Below are positions 36,731 to 46,488 of a DNA stretch of 64,000 bases, piece after piece. The first letter of the stretch is position 1. Each line of letters starts with the position of its first letter. The stretch lies in NCBI GenBank assembly GCA_049512055.1, contig JBEKXK010000005.1, positions 2,207 through 66,206 on the forward strand, read 5' to 3'. The notes under the pieces were generated by a model that searched no databases, was not told the origin of the DNA, and was given only the letters and a program-made list of their open reading frames with translations. The position numbers and the translations under genes are program-made. This stretch comes from Syntrophales bacterium. GTDB taxonomy: Bacteria; Desulfobacterota; Syntrophia; Syntrophales; UBA2185.

Positions 36731-38721
36731 CGGGTGAATCAAAAAAATGGCTGAGATTCAGGATTGTTACCATACTGTTATTTTTCTTGGTGCTCTTCAT
36801 TGCGCTCATATCGAGGGCGTTCCAGATTCAGGTGCTTTCCGGAAAACTCCTGAAAACCCTTGCCGAGAGGCAACACATAAAGACGCTGCAGATCGAACCG
36901 GAGAGGGGCATTATCTTTGATCGCAACGGCGAAAAACTCGCCGCGAGCAGTATGGTGAGTTCCGTATTTGCTGACCCATCGAAGATAAGCAATACCTCTG
37001 AGGTCGCCGAAGTGTTAGCCCCTATTCTCAATTTAGATAAGGAAGCTATTGTAAAAAAACTTTCCGGCTCAAAAAATTTCTGCTGGTTAGCGAGAAAAAT
37101 CCCTGCCGACCAGGCGAGCAGGATAGAGGCCCTGAATATCGATAACGTCTTTTTGATTAAAGAGCCGAAACGATTTTATCCAAACGGGGAACTGGCCGGC
37201 CGCCTTATCGGATTCGTAGGATTGGACTACACCGGCCTCGAGGGACTGGAGCTCAAATATGATAACTACTTGAAGGCGACACCGGAAAAGCTAATCTGGG
37301 CGCGGGATGCAAGAGGAAACCGACTGTATCCGCGGATTGAAAAACCCATCGTGCAGCAGGAAGAAGGATATAATCTCATTTTGACAATCGACAGCCGTAT
37401 CCAGCACATCGTGGAAACGAATTTGCAGGAAGCGATTACGGCGAAAGGCGCAAAGGGCGGCTTCGTCGTCGTCATGGACCCTAAGACCGGTGAAATACTC
37501 GCCCTCGCCGATCAACCCGGCTTCGATCCAAACAAATTTTCCACTTACAATCTCGGCAAAGGAAAAAATAAGGTCATTACAGATTCTTTCGATCCGGGCT
37601 CAACATTCAAGCCTTTTCTCGCGGCAGGGGCCCTTGAGGAAGGCATAGTAAAGGAAACGGACAGATTTAACTGTGAAAATGGGTCATACGTGGTGTCAGA
37701 CAGGACTTTCCATGAGGCAAACAAAAAGAGGTATGGGTCTCTTACTTTTCACGACGTGCTGAAGTATTCAAGCAATATCGGATGCGTGAAGATCTCCGAA
37801 AGACTGAAGAAAGAAAAATTTCACCATTATATTACACAATTTGGATTTGGCTCAAAGACCGGGATCGATCTTCCCGGGGAGGTAAGCGGCCTGTTGAGGC
37901 CGCAGCAAAACTGGACAAGGGTTGATACCTCGACCATTGCCTTCGGCCAGGGCATCTCTGTCACTGCCATTCAGCTTATCACGGCCCTTTCCGCCATAGC
38001 AAATGAAGGCATGCTGATGAAACCTCATATCGTGCGTGCAGTTGTCAACAAACAGGGGCAGATCATCAAGAAAGTCACGCCCACCCCTGTAAGACAGGTC
38101 GTATCGCCGAAAACGGCAAAAAGACTCACGGCCATCCTGAAGGATGTAGTCGGGGAAGACGACGGAACCGGCAAGAAAGCCCAGATCCCTAATGTCGCCG
38201 TGGCAGGCAAGACGGGAACTTCCCAAAAGTACGATTTTTCCCGACGTGTCTATTCTTCCGAAAGGGTCCGCACCTCCTTCATGGGATTCTTCCCAGCCGA
38301 AGATCCGCAGGTTGCCATCCTGGTGACACTCGACGAGCCGCAGAGGGACAAGTGGGGTGGATTGGCTGCAGCTCCTGTTTTCAAAAATATTGGCGAACAG
38401 ATCTTGACATGTTTCAAAACAGATATTAAGGAAGCTCCCTTCCCCGTTCTTGAAGAGGAGAAGACGAACGGTATTAAATTAAAGCTCGTGTCTGCACCTC
38501 AAATAATAAGCAGGCACAACGAAATGGAAAATGACACGGATGAGCCGGTCATGCCGGATTTCACCGGCATGACCATGAGAGACGCACTGAAGAAGGCGAG
38601 GGAAAAAGGGCTTGACGTAAAAGTTGCAGGGACCGGCTGGGCAGTGAGTCAGGAGCCCAAGCCCGGCATGCCCATACGCAATCATCGGACCTGCGCTGTT
38701 TCTTTCAGCACGGGCTATTGA
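36727..38721 (+). CDS. ftsI: peptidoglycan D,D-transpeptidase FtsI (class B PBP) with C-terminal PASTA-like domain
   Basis: 664 aa with an N-terminal TM segment and a PBP dimerisation domain. Transpeptidase motifs STFKP, SSN and KTGT. The C-terminal roughly 60 aa look like PASTA (MPDFTGMTMRDALKKAREKGLDVKVAGTGWAVSQEPKPGMPI). Confidence 0.92.
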   Translation: MTGESKKWLRFRIVTILLFFLVLFIALISRAFQIQVLSGKLLKTLAERQHIKTLQIEPERGIIFDRNGEKLAASSMVSSVFADPSKISNTSEVAEVLAPILNLDKEAIVKKLSGSKNFCWLARKIPADQASRIEALNIDNVFLIKEPKRFYPNGELAGRLIGFVGLDYTGLEGLELKYDNYLKATPEKLIWARDARGNRLYPRIEKPIVQQEEGYNLILTIDSRIQHIVETNLQEAITAKGAKGGFVVVMDPKTGEILALADQPGFDPNKFSTYNLGKGKNKVITDSFDPGSTFKPFLAAGALEEGIVKETDRFNCENGSYVVSDRTFHEANKKRYGSLTFHDVLKYSSNIGCVKISERLKKEKFHHYITQFGFGSKTGIDLPGEVSGLLRPQQNWTRVDTSTIAFGQGISVTAIQLITALSAIANEGMLMKPHIVRAVVNKQGQIIKKVTPTPVRQVVSPKTAKRLTAILKDVVGEDDGTGKKAQIPNVAVAGKTGTSQKYDFSRRVYSSERVRTSFMGFFPAEDPQVAILVTLDEPQRDKWGGLAAAPVFKNIGEQILTCFKTDIKEAPFPVLEEEKTNGIKLKLVSAPQIISRHNEMENDTDEPVMPDFTGMTMRDALKKAREKGLDVKVAGTGWAVSQEPKPGMPIRNHRTCAVSFSTGY

Positions 38722-38730
38722 GGAACCAAT

Positions 38731-40272
38731 GTGCAAATACAGGCTGTGATAAAGGATATCGATATCATCCAGGTCTCTGGTATCCTTTCAGGAGAAGTCA
38801 CAGCCATTTGCTACGATTCAAGAAACTGTGAGAAAGACAGCCTGTTTGTGGCTGTAAGCGGTCTCAAGCTCGACGGTCATGCATATATAGGAGAAGCGGT
38901 TGACCGGGGCGCAAAATTCGTCGTTCACGAAAAAGATTATTCCCCGCCGCCCGGAGTAACCTCCATCAGGGTCCCCAATAGCCGCGCGATCCTCGGTGTC
39001 CTCGGAAAGAATTTTTACAACGACCCGTCTTCCCGCCTTTGTCTCATAGGCGTTACGGGGACAAACGGAAAGACAACGGTGACCTACTTGCTGGAAGCAA
39101 TTCTTAAAGCCGCAGGATTCTCCGTCGGCGTAGTGGGAACGGTCAACTACAGATTTAATAATAAAGAACTGCCTGCCCCGCATACGACACCGGAGTCATA
39201 TGAACTGCAGCGCATATTGAGATTTATGGTCGATCAAGGCGCTACACACGTTGTTATGGAGGTTTCTTCCCACGCACTTGATCTAAGAAGGGTCGATGAA
39301 TGCTCCTTCGACATGGGCATTTTCACAAACCTTTCGCAAGACCATCTGGATTATCATGAGACTTTGGAGAATTATTTCCAGGCGAAGAAGCGCTTCTTTA
39401 CGGAGATTATACCGGCGGGCAAAAAAAATTATGCATACAGGATGATTATTAACGGAGACGACCCTTGGGGGCGGAGACTCGTTGCTGAAGCAGGTGCAAC
39501 ACTCCCTTACCGTACATTCTGCATTGATAATAAATGCAATATTACTAGCGAGAGATACTTATTTTCTCTGGAAGGGACGAGAGCTGAAATAAATGCAGGC
39601 GGCAGCCATATTGCCATATTTTCACCGCTCATCGGAAAATTCAATTTGCATAATATACTGGCTTCCGTGACAGCAGCCTCCCTGCTTGGCGTACCTGAGA
39701 GCTTCATCCGCACTGGTGTGGAAAATTTAAGAAATGTGCCGGGGCGGCTTGAAAAGGTAAGTGTTCCCGGCGAACCTGAGGTCTTTGTCGATTATGCGCA
39801 TACGGAAGATGCCCTGCAGCGGGTGCTGCAGAATCTATCCCCGTTCAAGAAGGGGCGCATCATTACGGTATTCGGCTGCGGCGGCGACAGGGACCGCGGG
39901 AAAAGACCCCTGATGGGAAAGGCCGCCACTACCTGGAGCGACCTGGCCATTCTGACATCGGACAACCCAAGAACGGAAGACCCGCTCTCCATTATCGCGG
40001 AAATAGAAAAGGGGATGGGCGGAAACTCCACCAGGAAGCTTCTTCCCGGGGAGCTTAAAAAAAATAAAATTGAAAAAAGTTACGTAGTGATTCCCGATCG
40101 CAGAGAGGCGATAGAAACGGCAGTCGCCCTTGCCGGCAATTCAGATATCGTACTCATCGCCGGAAAGGGACATGAGGATTATCAGATCATTGGAGCAAAG
40201 AGGATCCCCTTTGACGACAGGCAGGTTGCCAGGGAAGCCTTGATGAATAAACGGCACGAGGGGAAACATTGA
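38731..40272 (+). CDS. murE: UDP-N-acetylmuramoyl-L-alanyl-D-glutamate--2,6-diaminopimelate ligase MurE
   Basis: 513 aa with a GTG start and gaggaa upstream. GVTGTNGKTT, and TSDNPRTEDP (the DNPR motif). Confidence 0.93.
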   Translation: MQIQAVIKDIDIIQVSGILSGEVTAICYDSRNCEKDSLFVAVSGLKLDGHAYIGEAVDRGAKFVVHEKDYSPPPGVTSIRVPNSRAILGVLGKNFYNDPSSRLCLIGVTGTNGKTTVTYLLEAILKAAGFSVGVVGTVNYRFNNKELPAPHTTPESYELQRILRFMVDQGATHVVMEVSSHALDLRRVDECSFDMGIFTNLSQDHLDYHETLENYFQAKKRFFTEIIPAGKKNYAYRMIINGDDPWGRRLVAEAGATLPYRTFCIDNKCNITSERYLFSLEGTRAEINAGGSHIAIFSPLIGKFNLHNILASVTAASLLGVPESFIRTGVENLRNVPGRLEKVSVPGEPEVFVDYAHTEDALQRVLQNLSPFKKGRIITVFGCGGDRDRGKRPLMGKAATTWSDLAILTSDNPRTEDPLSIIAEIEKGMGGNSTRKLLPGELKKNKIEKSYVVIPDRREAIETAVALAGNSDIVLIAGKGHEDYQIIGAKRIPFDDRQVAREALMNKRHEGKH

Positions 40273-41711
40273 AACCAGAGCCATCAATTCCCGATCTGGA
40301 CGTCAATGAAGTCTTAAGTGCCACAGGAGGAACTTTGGCAGGTGGAAGCACGGACATACTATTTAAGGGAGTATCCACGGATTCAAGGCAGATAATGCAG
40401 GGAAGTTTGTTTATCCCCCTCATAGGAGAAAGATTCGACGGCCATGATTTTATCGCCGCCGCAGTAAAAAATGGGGCTCACGGCTTCCTGGTAGAGAGGG
40501 GATATGAAAATAAGATAAGAGAGAAGTTTGCAGACAGAACCATCATCCGTGTTGACGATACCCTGAAGGCCCTGGGGGATATAGCCCATTTCTGGCGAAA
40601 GAAATTTAGGGCCAGGGTTGTCGCCATCACAGGCAGTTCCGGAAAAACAACGACGAAGGAAATGCTGGCGGGCATTGCCGGACTGACAAAAAAAATTATC
40701 AAGGCACAGGGAAATTACAATAACCTTATCGGTCTGCCCATGACCGTTCTCAATATCAACGCCCAACATGAACTGGTCATCCTGGAGATGGGTACAAACA
40801 CAAGGGGGGAAATCGGCAGGCTGACTGAAATCGCAGAACCTGACATCGGACTGATCACCAATATAGGCCCGGCACATCTCGAAGGCTTCAAATCAGTTGA
40901 GATGGTGCGGGAAGAGAAGCTGGATCTCTTTCGGAACATGCCGGATGCCGGAGTTGCCATTATAAATCTCGACGATGAAAGACTGCTCGTAACCGACAAA
41001 GACTGGCGCGGGAAAAGGGTAACATTCGGCCTCGGGAAAGACGCCGACGTCTCAGCGAAAGACATCGAGCCTATGGGTATGAAGGGTGTAGGATTTACGA
41101 TCAAAATAGGCAGTTTGAAGCAGAGAATAACCATGTCAATTGCAGGCAATCACAATGTCTATAATGCCCTTGCTGCCGCTGCATCATCCTGGGCTCTGGA
41201 TATTGACTTCCCTACGATCTGTCAGGGGTTAACGGCATTTCAACCCATCTCCGGGCGCATGGAGATACATCGGTTGAAAAATGGAGCGTTTATTATCAAT
41301 GACACATACAATGCCAACCCTGCATCATTTGGAGAAGCCCTCAAGACCCTGAGAGACTTGAAGGGAAATCAGAAGAGCACAGTAATCATGGGTGACATGC
41401 TTGAGCTTGGCGACCAGGCGGAGGCGCTGCATGAAGGTATCGGGAGTCTTATGGCAGACACTGAGGTGGACTCAGTTTACCTCAGAGGAAGGCTCTCCCC
41501 AGCGACGGCAGCAGGGGCGTTGAAAAGAAAAATGTCAAAGAGTCAGATAGTTTTCTTTGATACCCCTGATGAAATCATAGCCCGTCTGGCCTCTCACGTA
41601 AAGGAAGGTGACTGGATTCTCGTTAAAGGATCTCGACAGACAAAAATGGAACAGGCTGTGGAGAAGGTTATCGAAGCCTTCGGCGTTAAAGAGAGCGGAG
41701 GAAAGAAATGA
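40269..41711 (+). CDS. murF: UDP-N-acetylmuramoyl-tripeptide--D-alanyl-D-alanine ligase MurF
   Basis: 480 aa with a TTG start overlapping the murE stop. [40 protein letters not shown]. Confidence 0.92.
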   Translation: MKPEPSIPDLDVNEVLSATGGTLAGGSTDILFKGVSTDSRQIMQGSLFIPLIGERFDGHDFIAAAVKNGAHGFLVERGYENKIREKFADRTIIRVDDTLKALGDIAHFWRKKFRARVVAITGSSGKTTTKEMLAGIAGLTKKIIKAQGNYNNLIGLPMTVLNINAQHELVILEMGTNTRGEIGRLTEIAEPDIGLITNIGPAHLEGFKSVEMVREEKLDLFRNMPDAGVAIINLDDERLLVTDKDWRGKRVTFGLGKDADVSAKDIEPMGMKGVGFTIKIGSLKQRITMSIAGNHNVYNALAAAASSWALDIDFPTICQGLTAFQPISGRMEIHRLKNGAFIINDTYNANPASFGEALKTLRDLKGNQKSTVIMGDMLELGDQAEALHEGIGSLMADTEVDSVYLRGRLSPATAAGALKRKMSKSQIVFFDTPDEIIARLASHVKEGDWILVKGSRQTKMEQAVEKVIEAFGVKESGGKK

Positions 41712-41724
41712 GAGGAGCTCTAAA

Positions 41725-42804
41725 ATGATCTATCATCTCTTATATCCCCTGCACGACAAATTTTCCTATTTTAATGTCTTCCGGTATATCACGTTCAGGA
41801 CGATATATGCCACGGTTACGGCCTTGCTGATCTGCTTTGTCATCGGTCCCTGGCTGATCAGGAAACTCCAGTCCCTGCAAATCGGCCAGCCCATAAGGAA
41901 CGATGGGCCGGACACACATCTTGCCAAAAAGGGGACTCCCACCATGGGAGGCATCCTTATCATCTTCTCTATCGTCATTTCCACCCTCCTCTGGGCCAAC
42001 CTGACAGTGGATTACGTCTGGCTTGTCATCATGGTCATCGTCGGCTATGGACTCATTGGGTTCATGGACGACTACAAGAAACTCACACGCCAGGACAGCC
42101 GGGGAATTCCAGGAAAGGTGAGACTCGCGGGTGAGATCGCCATAGCGCTGTTTGTCAGCACCATTCTCTATATCAAGCCGGGTTTCACTTCCAATGTGAC
42201 GATTCCCTTTTTCAAGACAGCACTACCCGATCTTGGATGGGGATATGTAGTACTCTCGACGTTCATCATCGTCGGGGCCGCCAACGCCGTGAACCTGACA
42301 GACGGCCTCGACGGCCTTGCCATTGGTCCTGCGATTACATGTTTCATGACGTATCTTCTGTTTGCGTACTTTGCCGGCAATGTGCGGATTGCAGGCTACC
42401 TGCAAATCCCCTATGTCGCGGGTACAGGGGAGCTTGCCATATTGTGCGGCGCCACAGTGGGGGCCGGCCTTGGCTTTCTCTGGTACAATTCCTACCCCGC
42501 ACAGGTATTTATGGGAGACGTGGGCTCTCTTGCCCTCGGCGGCACCCTCGGCACGCTCGCGATACTTACAAAACAGGAGATTCTTCTTGCTATAGTGGGC
42601 GGAATATTTGTGCTGGAGACCTTTTCTGTCATTTTTCAGGTTGGCTGGTTCAAGGTGTCGAACGGGAAGCGCATCTTCAGAATGGCGCCGCTTCACCATC
42701 ACTTCGAGCTCAAGGGCTGGGCTGAACCGAAAGTCATCGTCCGCTTCTGGATAATTTCCATTCTTCTCGCCCTCGTGGCGATAAGTACCTTGAAATTGAG
42801 ATGA
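41725..42804 (+). CDS. mraY: phospho-N-acetylmuramoyl-pentapeptide transferase MraY
   Basis: The start is taken at the ATG at 41725 (MIYHLLYPL...). The ORF-track N-terminal extension from 41608 overlaps mur[34 protein letters not shown]. Confidence 0.95.
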   Translation: MIYHLLYPLHDKFSYFNVFRYITFRTIYATVTALLICFVIGPWLIRKLQSLQIGQPIRNDGPDTHLAKKGTPTMGGILIIFSIVISTLLWANLTVDYVWLVIMVIVGYGLIGFMDDYKKLTRQDSRGIPGKVRLAGEIAIALFVSTILYIKPGFTSNVTIPFFKTALPDLGWGYVVLSTFIIVGAANAVNLTDGLDGLAIGPAITCFMTYLLFAYFAGNVRIAGYLQIPYVAGTGELAILCGATVGAGLGFLWYNSYPAQVFMGDVGSLALGGTLGTLAILTKQEILLAIVGGIFVLETFSVIFQVGWFKVSNGKRIFRMAPLHHHFELKGWAEPKVIVRFWIISILLALVAISTLKLR

Positions 42805-42814
42805 GACAAATCTT

Positions 42815-44161
42815 ATGAACCTCAAGGAACAAAGGATATTGGTAATAGGGCTGGGAAAGACGGGAATCGCTTCCGTCCGGTTTCTTATGGGACAAGGCGC
42901 CCGGGTCATTGTAACCGATGCAAAGCCTCAAGCGGAGTTGAGGGATGCCGTTCGTGAGCTTGGCAGCCTGTCTGCGAATCTGGAATTCTGCGCGTATAGC
43001 ACGGACGTTTTGTCTCGCTTCGATATGATCGTGCCCTCCCCCGGCGTACCACCTGCCGATATCATCCTCGCCGCAGCGAAGAGCAGAAAAATACCGATCC
43101 TGAGTGAGATCGAACTCGCCTATAGATTCTTGAAGCCGCCCCTCATCGCAATTACCGGCACGAACGGGAAGACCACCACAACCACACTGATAGGACATAT
43201 CCTGGCAAGAGAGGGGAAGAGGGTCTTTGTAGGGGGAAACATCGGAAATCCCTTGATCGGCTACCTGGAAGGAAAGCAGGACGATGATTATGCGGTTGTC
43301 GAGGTGAGCAGTTTCCAGTTGCAGTGGATTCAATCTTTCCACCCCTTTGTTTCCATCCTTCTCAATACGACCTCTGACCATGTCGATTATCACGGCTCCT
43401 TTGAGGCATACCGCGCGACCAAAGAACGGATTTTTGAGAATCAGAAAGACGGTGACCTGGCCATTCTGAACGCCGATGAACCGAGATCCTTTCTTCTGGA
43501 AAAAAACACGGCCGCGAAAGTCCAATTTTTCAGCACCAGGACCGAGGTGAAAAAGGGCATCTTCCTCAGAGACGGAACGCTTGTCCATTATACTGCCCCC
43601 GGTGATCGGGAAGAGTATCCTCTCGACATGATCAAGATACCCGGTCTCCACAATGTAGAAAACGTCATGGCCGCCATAATGGCCGCCAGGTACTGCGGAT
43701 GCTCGCACGAAAATATTATCAGCGCCGTCGCGGATTTCAAGGGCATCCCGCACAGGATAGAATTCACGGAAGAAAAAAATGGCGTGGCATTTTATGACGA
43801 TTCGAAAGGGACCAACGTGGGGGCCGTGGCGCGCGCATTGGAGACGTTCTCCCGACCCGTCATTCTGCTTATGGGAGGAAGGGACAAGGAGGGCGATTTT
43901 GAAACCCTGTCTCCCCTTATAAGGTCGCAGGTCAAAGAACTGGTTCTTTTCGGCGAGGCGAGAAACAAGATATATGACCTGATCGGCGGCGCGGTCGAGA
44001 CATCAAAAACGACAACACTCAAAGAGGCGATTGAGTTGGCCTATCGGCATTCACGACCGGGGGATGTCGTCCTGCTCTCTCCCGGCTGTGCAAGCTTTGA
44101 TGAGTTTTCCAACTATAAAGAACGGGGAAGGTTTTTTAAAGATGTGGTCAAGAGTCTCTAA
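42815..44161 (+). CDS. murD: UDP-N-acetylmuramoylalanine--D-glutamate ligase MurD
   Basis: 448 aa. ILVIGLGKTGIA, ITGTNGKTTTTTLI, GIPHRIEF. Confidence 0.95.
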   Translation: MNLKEQRILVIGLGKTGIASVRFLMGQGARVIVTDAKPQAELRDAVRELGSLSANLEFCAYSTDVLSRFDMIVPSPGVPPADIILAAAKSRKIPILSEIELAYRFLKPPLIAITGTNGKTTTTTLIGHILAREGKRVFVGGNIGNPLIGYLEGKQDDDYAVVEVSSFQLQWIQSFHPFVSILLNTTSDHVDYHGSFEAYRATKERIFENQKDGDLAILNADEPRSFLLEKNTAAKVQFFSTRTEVKKGIFLRDGTLVHYTAPGDREEYPLDMIKIPGLHNVENVMAAIMAARYCGCSHENIISAVADFKGIPHRIEFTEEKNGVAFYDDSKGTNVGAVARALETFSRPVILLMGGRDKEGDFETLSPLIRSQVKELVLFGEARNKIYDLIGGAVETSKTTTLKEAIELAYRHSRPGDVVLLSPGCASFDEFSNYKERGRFFKDVVKSL

Positions 44162-44171
44162 ATCATTCAAA

Positions 44172-45269
44172 ATGCCTCCGCAGGAAAAGGCAATGGATAT
44201 TATCCTCCTCCTAGTCACGCTGATCCTCGTGACCATAGGTACAGTGATGATCTACAGCTCAAGCTCCATACTTGCCATGAAGAAGTTTAACGACGGGCAG
44301 TACTTTCTCAAGAAACAGATATTCTTTGTGCTCCTCGGATTAGGCATCATGGTGCTGATTACGAAGATTCCTTACGACCGGCTGAAGAAACTCGCCTATC
44401 CGGGCGTTCTTCTCTCCGCAATTCTCCTGTCTCTGCTCCTTATACCCCATATCGGAATCCGCGCCGGAGGCGCAACCAGATGGCTTAAGGTGGGCTTCTT
44501 TTCGTTCCAGGTCACGGAAATGGTCAAGGTATCCATGGTGCTCTTTCTCGCCCATTTCCTGACAAAAAAATACAGCCAGATAACTGATTTCAAGCGCGCC
44601 GTCCTGCTGCCCTTGCTCGTCATATTGTTCATGGTGGGGTTGATTCTTCTGGAACCGGACTTTGGTACGGCGGTCATCATATCTCTGATAATGATGTTGA
44701 TGTTCTATCTTGCGGGCTGCAGGATTCTTCATCTTACGGGCATAGTGGCGATTTTTGCGCCCGCCGCTGTCTGGCTCCTTGTTCACAAAAGCTACCGGCT
44801 GGTTAGATTGATGAGTTTCCTTGATCCGTGGAAAGATCCTCAGCGTTCCGGATTTCAAATCATTCAATCTCTTCTTTCCTTCGGCTCAGGGGGAACCTTC
44901 GGCGTAGGAATAGGAGACGGGATGCAGAAGCTATTTTATCTGCCTGAACCGCACACAGACTTTATCCTCTCCATCATTGCCGAAGAAAGCGGCTTTATCG
45001 GCGTCCTCATCGTCTTATTCCTCTTCGTTATCCTTATTGTCAGGGGACTCCTGATATCCTTCAGGGCGCCGGACCTTTTCAGCACCCTTCTTGCCGCAGG
45101 ATTGACAATGGTCATTGCCCTCGAAGCGTTTATCAATATCGCCGGTGTCATGGGCTTGATCCCCCTCAAGGGACTGGCGCTTCCCCTCGTGAGTTATGGC
45201 GGCACATCATTGATCATGTCCTTAGCAACGGTGGGTATACTGCTGAATATCTCCTCCTATCAAAAATGA
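44172..45269 (+). CDS. ftsW: peptidoglycan glycosyltransferase FtsW (SEDS family)
   Basis: SEDS motifs (GATRWLKVGFFSFQVTEMVK, PEPHTDFILSIIAEESGFIG, LPLVSYGGTS). The ftsW assignment is supported by its position between murD and murG. The start is uncertain, with candidate ATGs at 44142, 44172 and 44193. Confidence 0.9.
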   Translation: MPPQEKAMDIILLLVTLILVTIGTVMIYSSSSILAMKKFNDGQYFLKKQIFFVLLGLGIMVLITKIPYDRLKKLAYPGVLLSAILLSLLLIPHIGIRAGGATRWLKVGFFSFQVTEMVKVSMVLFLAHFLTKKYSQITDFKRAVLLPLLVILFMVGLILLEPDFGTAVIISLIMMLMFYLAGCRILHLTGIVAIFAPAAVWLLVHKSYRLVRLMSFLDPWKDPQRSGFQIIQSLLSFGSGGTFGVGIGDGMQKLFYLPEPHTDFILSIIAEESGFIGVLIVLFLFVILIVRGLLISFRAPDLFSTLLAAGLTMVIALEAFINIAGVMGLIPLKGLALPLVSYGGTSLIMSLATVGILLNISSYQK

Positions 45270-45288
45270 GAAGATAAGGGGACGGTAT

Positions 45289-46377
45289 ATGAAAATTATC
45301 ATAGCTGGCGGCGGAACGGGAGGACACCTGTTCCCGGGAATTGCCATAGCCGAGGAATTTCTGAAAAGGGATAACACGAGCGGCATCCTTTTTGTAGGAA
45401 CGAAGAAGGGCTTGGAACAGAGGGTGCTTGGCGATATGGGATTCAATCTGCACGCCCTTGATGTGGAGGGAATTAAAGGCAGGGGAATCACAAAGGCTCT
45501 CGGCGCTCTCCTCAAGATTCCCCGAAGTATAATTGAGTCCTGCAGGCTGATCCAATCATTTTGCCCGGACATCGTCATCGGAGTGGGCGGCTATGCCTCC
45601 GGTCCGGCCGTGATAACGGCCCGCCTCATGGGCATCAAGACAGCCATTGCAGAGCAGAACGCCCTGCCAGGCATCACCAACAGGATCCTCGGAAAATTCG
45701 TCGACAGGATATTCGTGACCTTCCCGGAAACAAAAAAGTGGTTCCCCGAAAAAAAGATCATAGCCTCCGGAAACCCTGTCAGGGCGGCCTTTCTTTCCGG
45801 AATACGGGAAGCGGAAAAAATAGCAGACAGGTTTACGCTTCTTATTTTTGGCGGAAGCCAGGGCGCCCGTGGCATAAATACGGCAGTCCTCGATTCTCTC
45901 CCTTATCTCACGAAGATCAAAGACAGGTTGAAGATCATCCACCAGACAGGCAGTGCGGATATTGATTCTCTCTCGGCGCATTACCGGTCACACGGGATGC
46001 ATGCAGACGTTCTGCCTTTCATCATGGACATGGCCCGTGCATTCAGATCTGCGGATTTAATTATCTGCAGGGCCGGCGCCACATCCATCGCGGAAATCAC
46101 GGCCAGCGGCAAGGCTGCCATATTGATACCTTTTCCCTATGCCGCAAATGACCACCAGACGAAGAACGCTGAGGCGCTGATCAGGGCGGGGGCAGCCGTG
46201 ACGATACCCGAAAAGGGAATCAGCGGCAAGATACTGGCAGAAACAATCGAAAAATTTTATCGCCATCCGGAATTGATAAGAGAGATGGAAGCCAGATCGG
46301 CGAGCCTCGGTAACGTCCGGGCGGCAGCCGATATCGTAGATGCTTGCATGGGGCTGGTAACTTTAAGAAATTTGTAA
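45289..46377 (+). CDS. murG: undecaprenyldiphospho-muramoylpentapeptide beta-N-acetylglucosaminyltransferase MurG
   Basis: 362 aa. IIIAGGGTGGHLFPGIAIAEE, GGSQGARGIN, CRAGATSIAEI. Confidence 0.95.
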   Translation: MKIIIAGGGTGGHLFPGIAIAEEFLKRDNTSGILFVGTKKGLEQRVLGDMGFNLHALDVEGIKGRGITKALGALLKIPRSIIESCRLIQSFCPDIVIGVGGYASGPAVITARLMGIKTAIAEQNALPGITNRILGKFVDRIFVTFPETKKWFPEKKIIASGNPVRAAFLSGIREAEKIADRFTLLIFGGSQGARGINTAVLDSLPYLTKIKDRLKIIHQTGSADIDSLSAHYRSHGMHADVLPFIMDMARAFRSADLIICRAGATSIAEITASGKAAILIPFPYAANDHQTKNAEALIRAGAAVTIPEKGISGKILAETIEKFYRHPELIREMEARSASLGNVRAAADIVDACMGLVTLRNL

Positions 46378-46380
46378 ATT

Positions 46381-46437
46381 TCTTGTAGATTTAATACAAG
46401 ATATAGTATATACAAACAAAAGATATACAATATACAG
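46381..46437 (+). repeat. AT-rich hairpin plus 16-nt direct repeat pair in the murG-murC spacer
   Basis: Inverted repeat TCTTGTA (46381-46387) / TACAAGA (46395-46401). Direct repeats GATATAGTATATACAA (46400-46415) and GATATACAATATACAG (46422-46437) match at 13 of 16 positions and are offset by 22 nt. Confidence 0.6.
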
Positions 46438-46488
46438 TAAAATCATCGATACTTTGGCAAGGAAAATCGCAGGCTGAGTGGGCAGGTA

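Noticed and set aside
41608-41724. N-terminal extensions in the ORF track for mraY (41608), ftsW (44031), the B12 radical SAM gene (31505), the DUF484-like gene (55596), the lipoprotein (31356) and mraZ (34925).
   Set aside because: The extensions overlap the preceding gene or lack an RBS. Internal ATGs with SD-like sequences give N-termini that match the family (for example MIYHLLYPL for MraY and MSVFRGQ for MraZ).
42734-43753. A 339-aa minus-strand ORF. Similar long antisense ORFs occur at 42223-42909, 51279-51989, 57696-58547, 17800-18405, 47260-47787, 53295-53876 and 59837-60361.
   Set aside because: All lie entirely antisense to strongly recognisable genes (murD, mraY, ftsZ, ptsP, pal, murC, the radical SAM gene, the helicase). 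Their translations are low-complexity, Arg/Gly/Pro-rich and carry no motifs. They are shadow ORFs.
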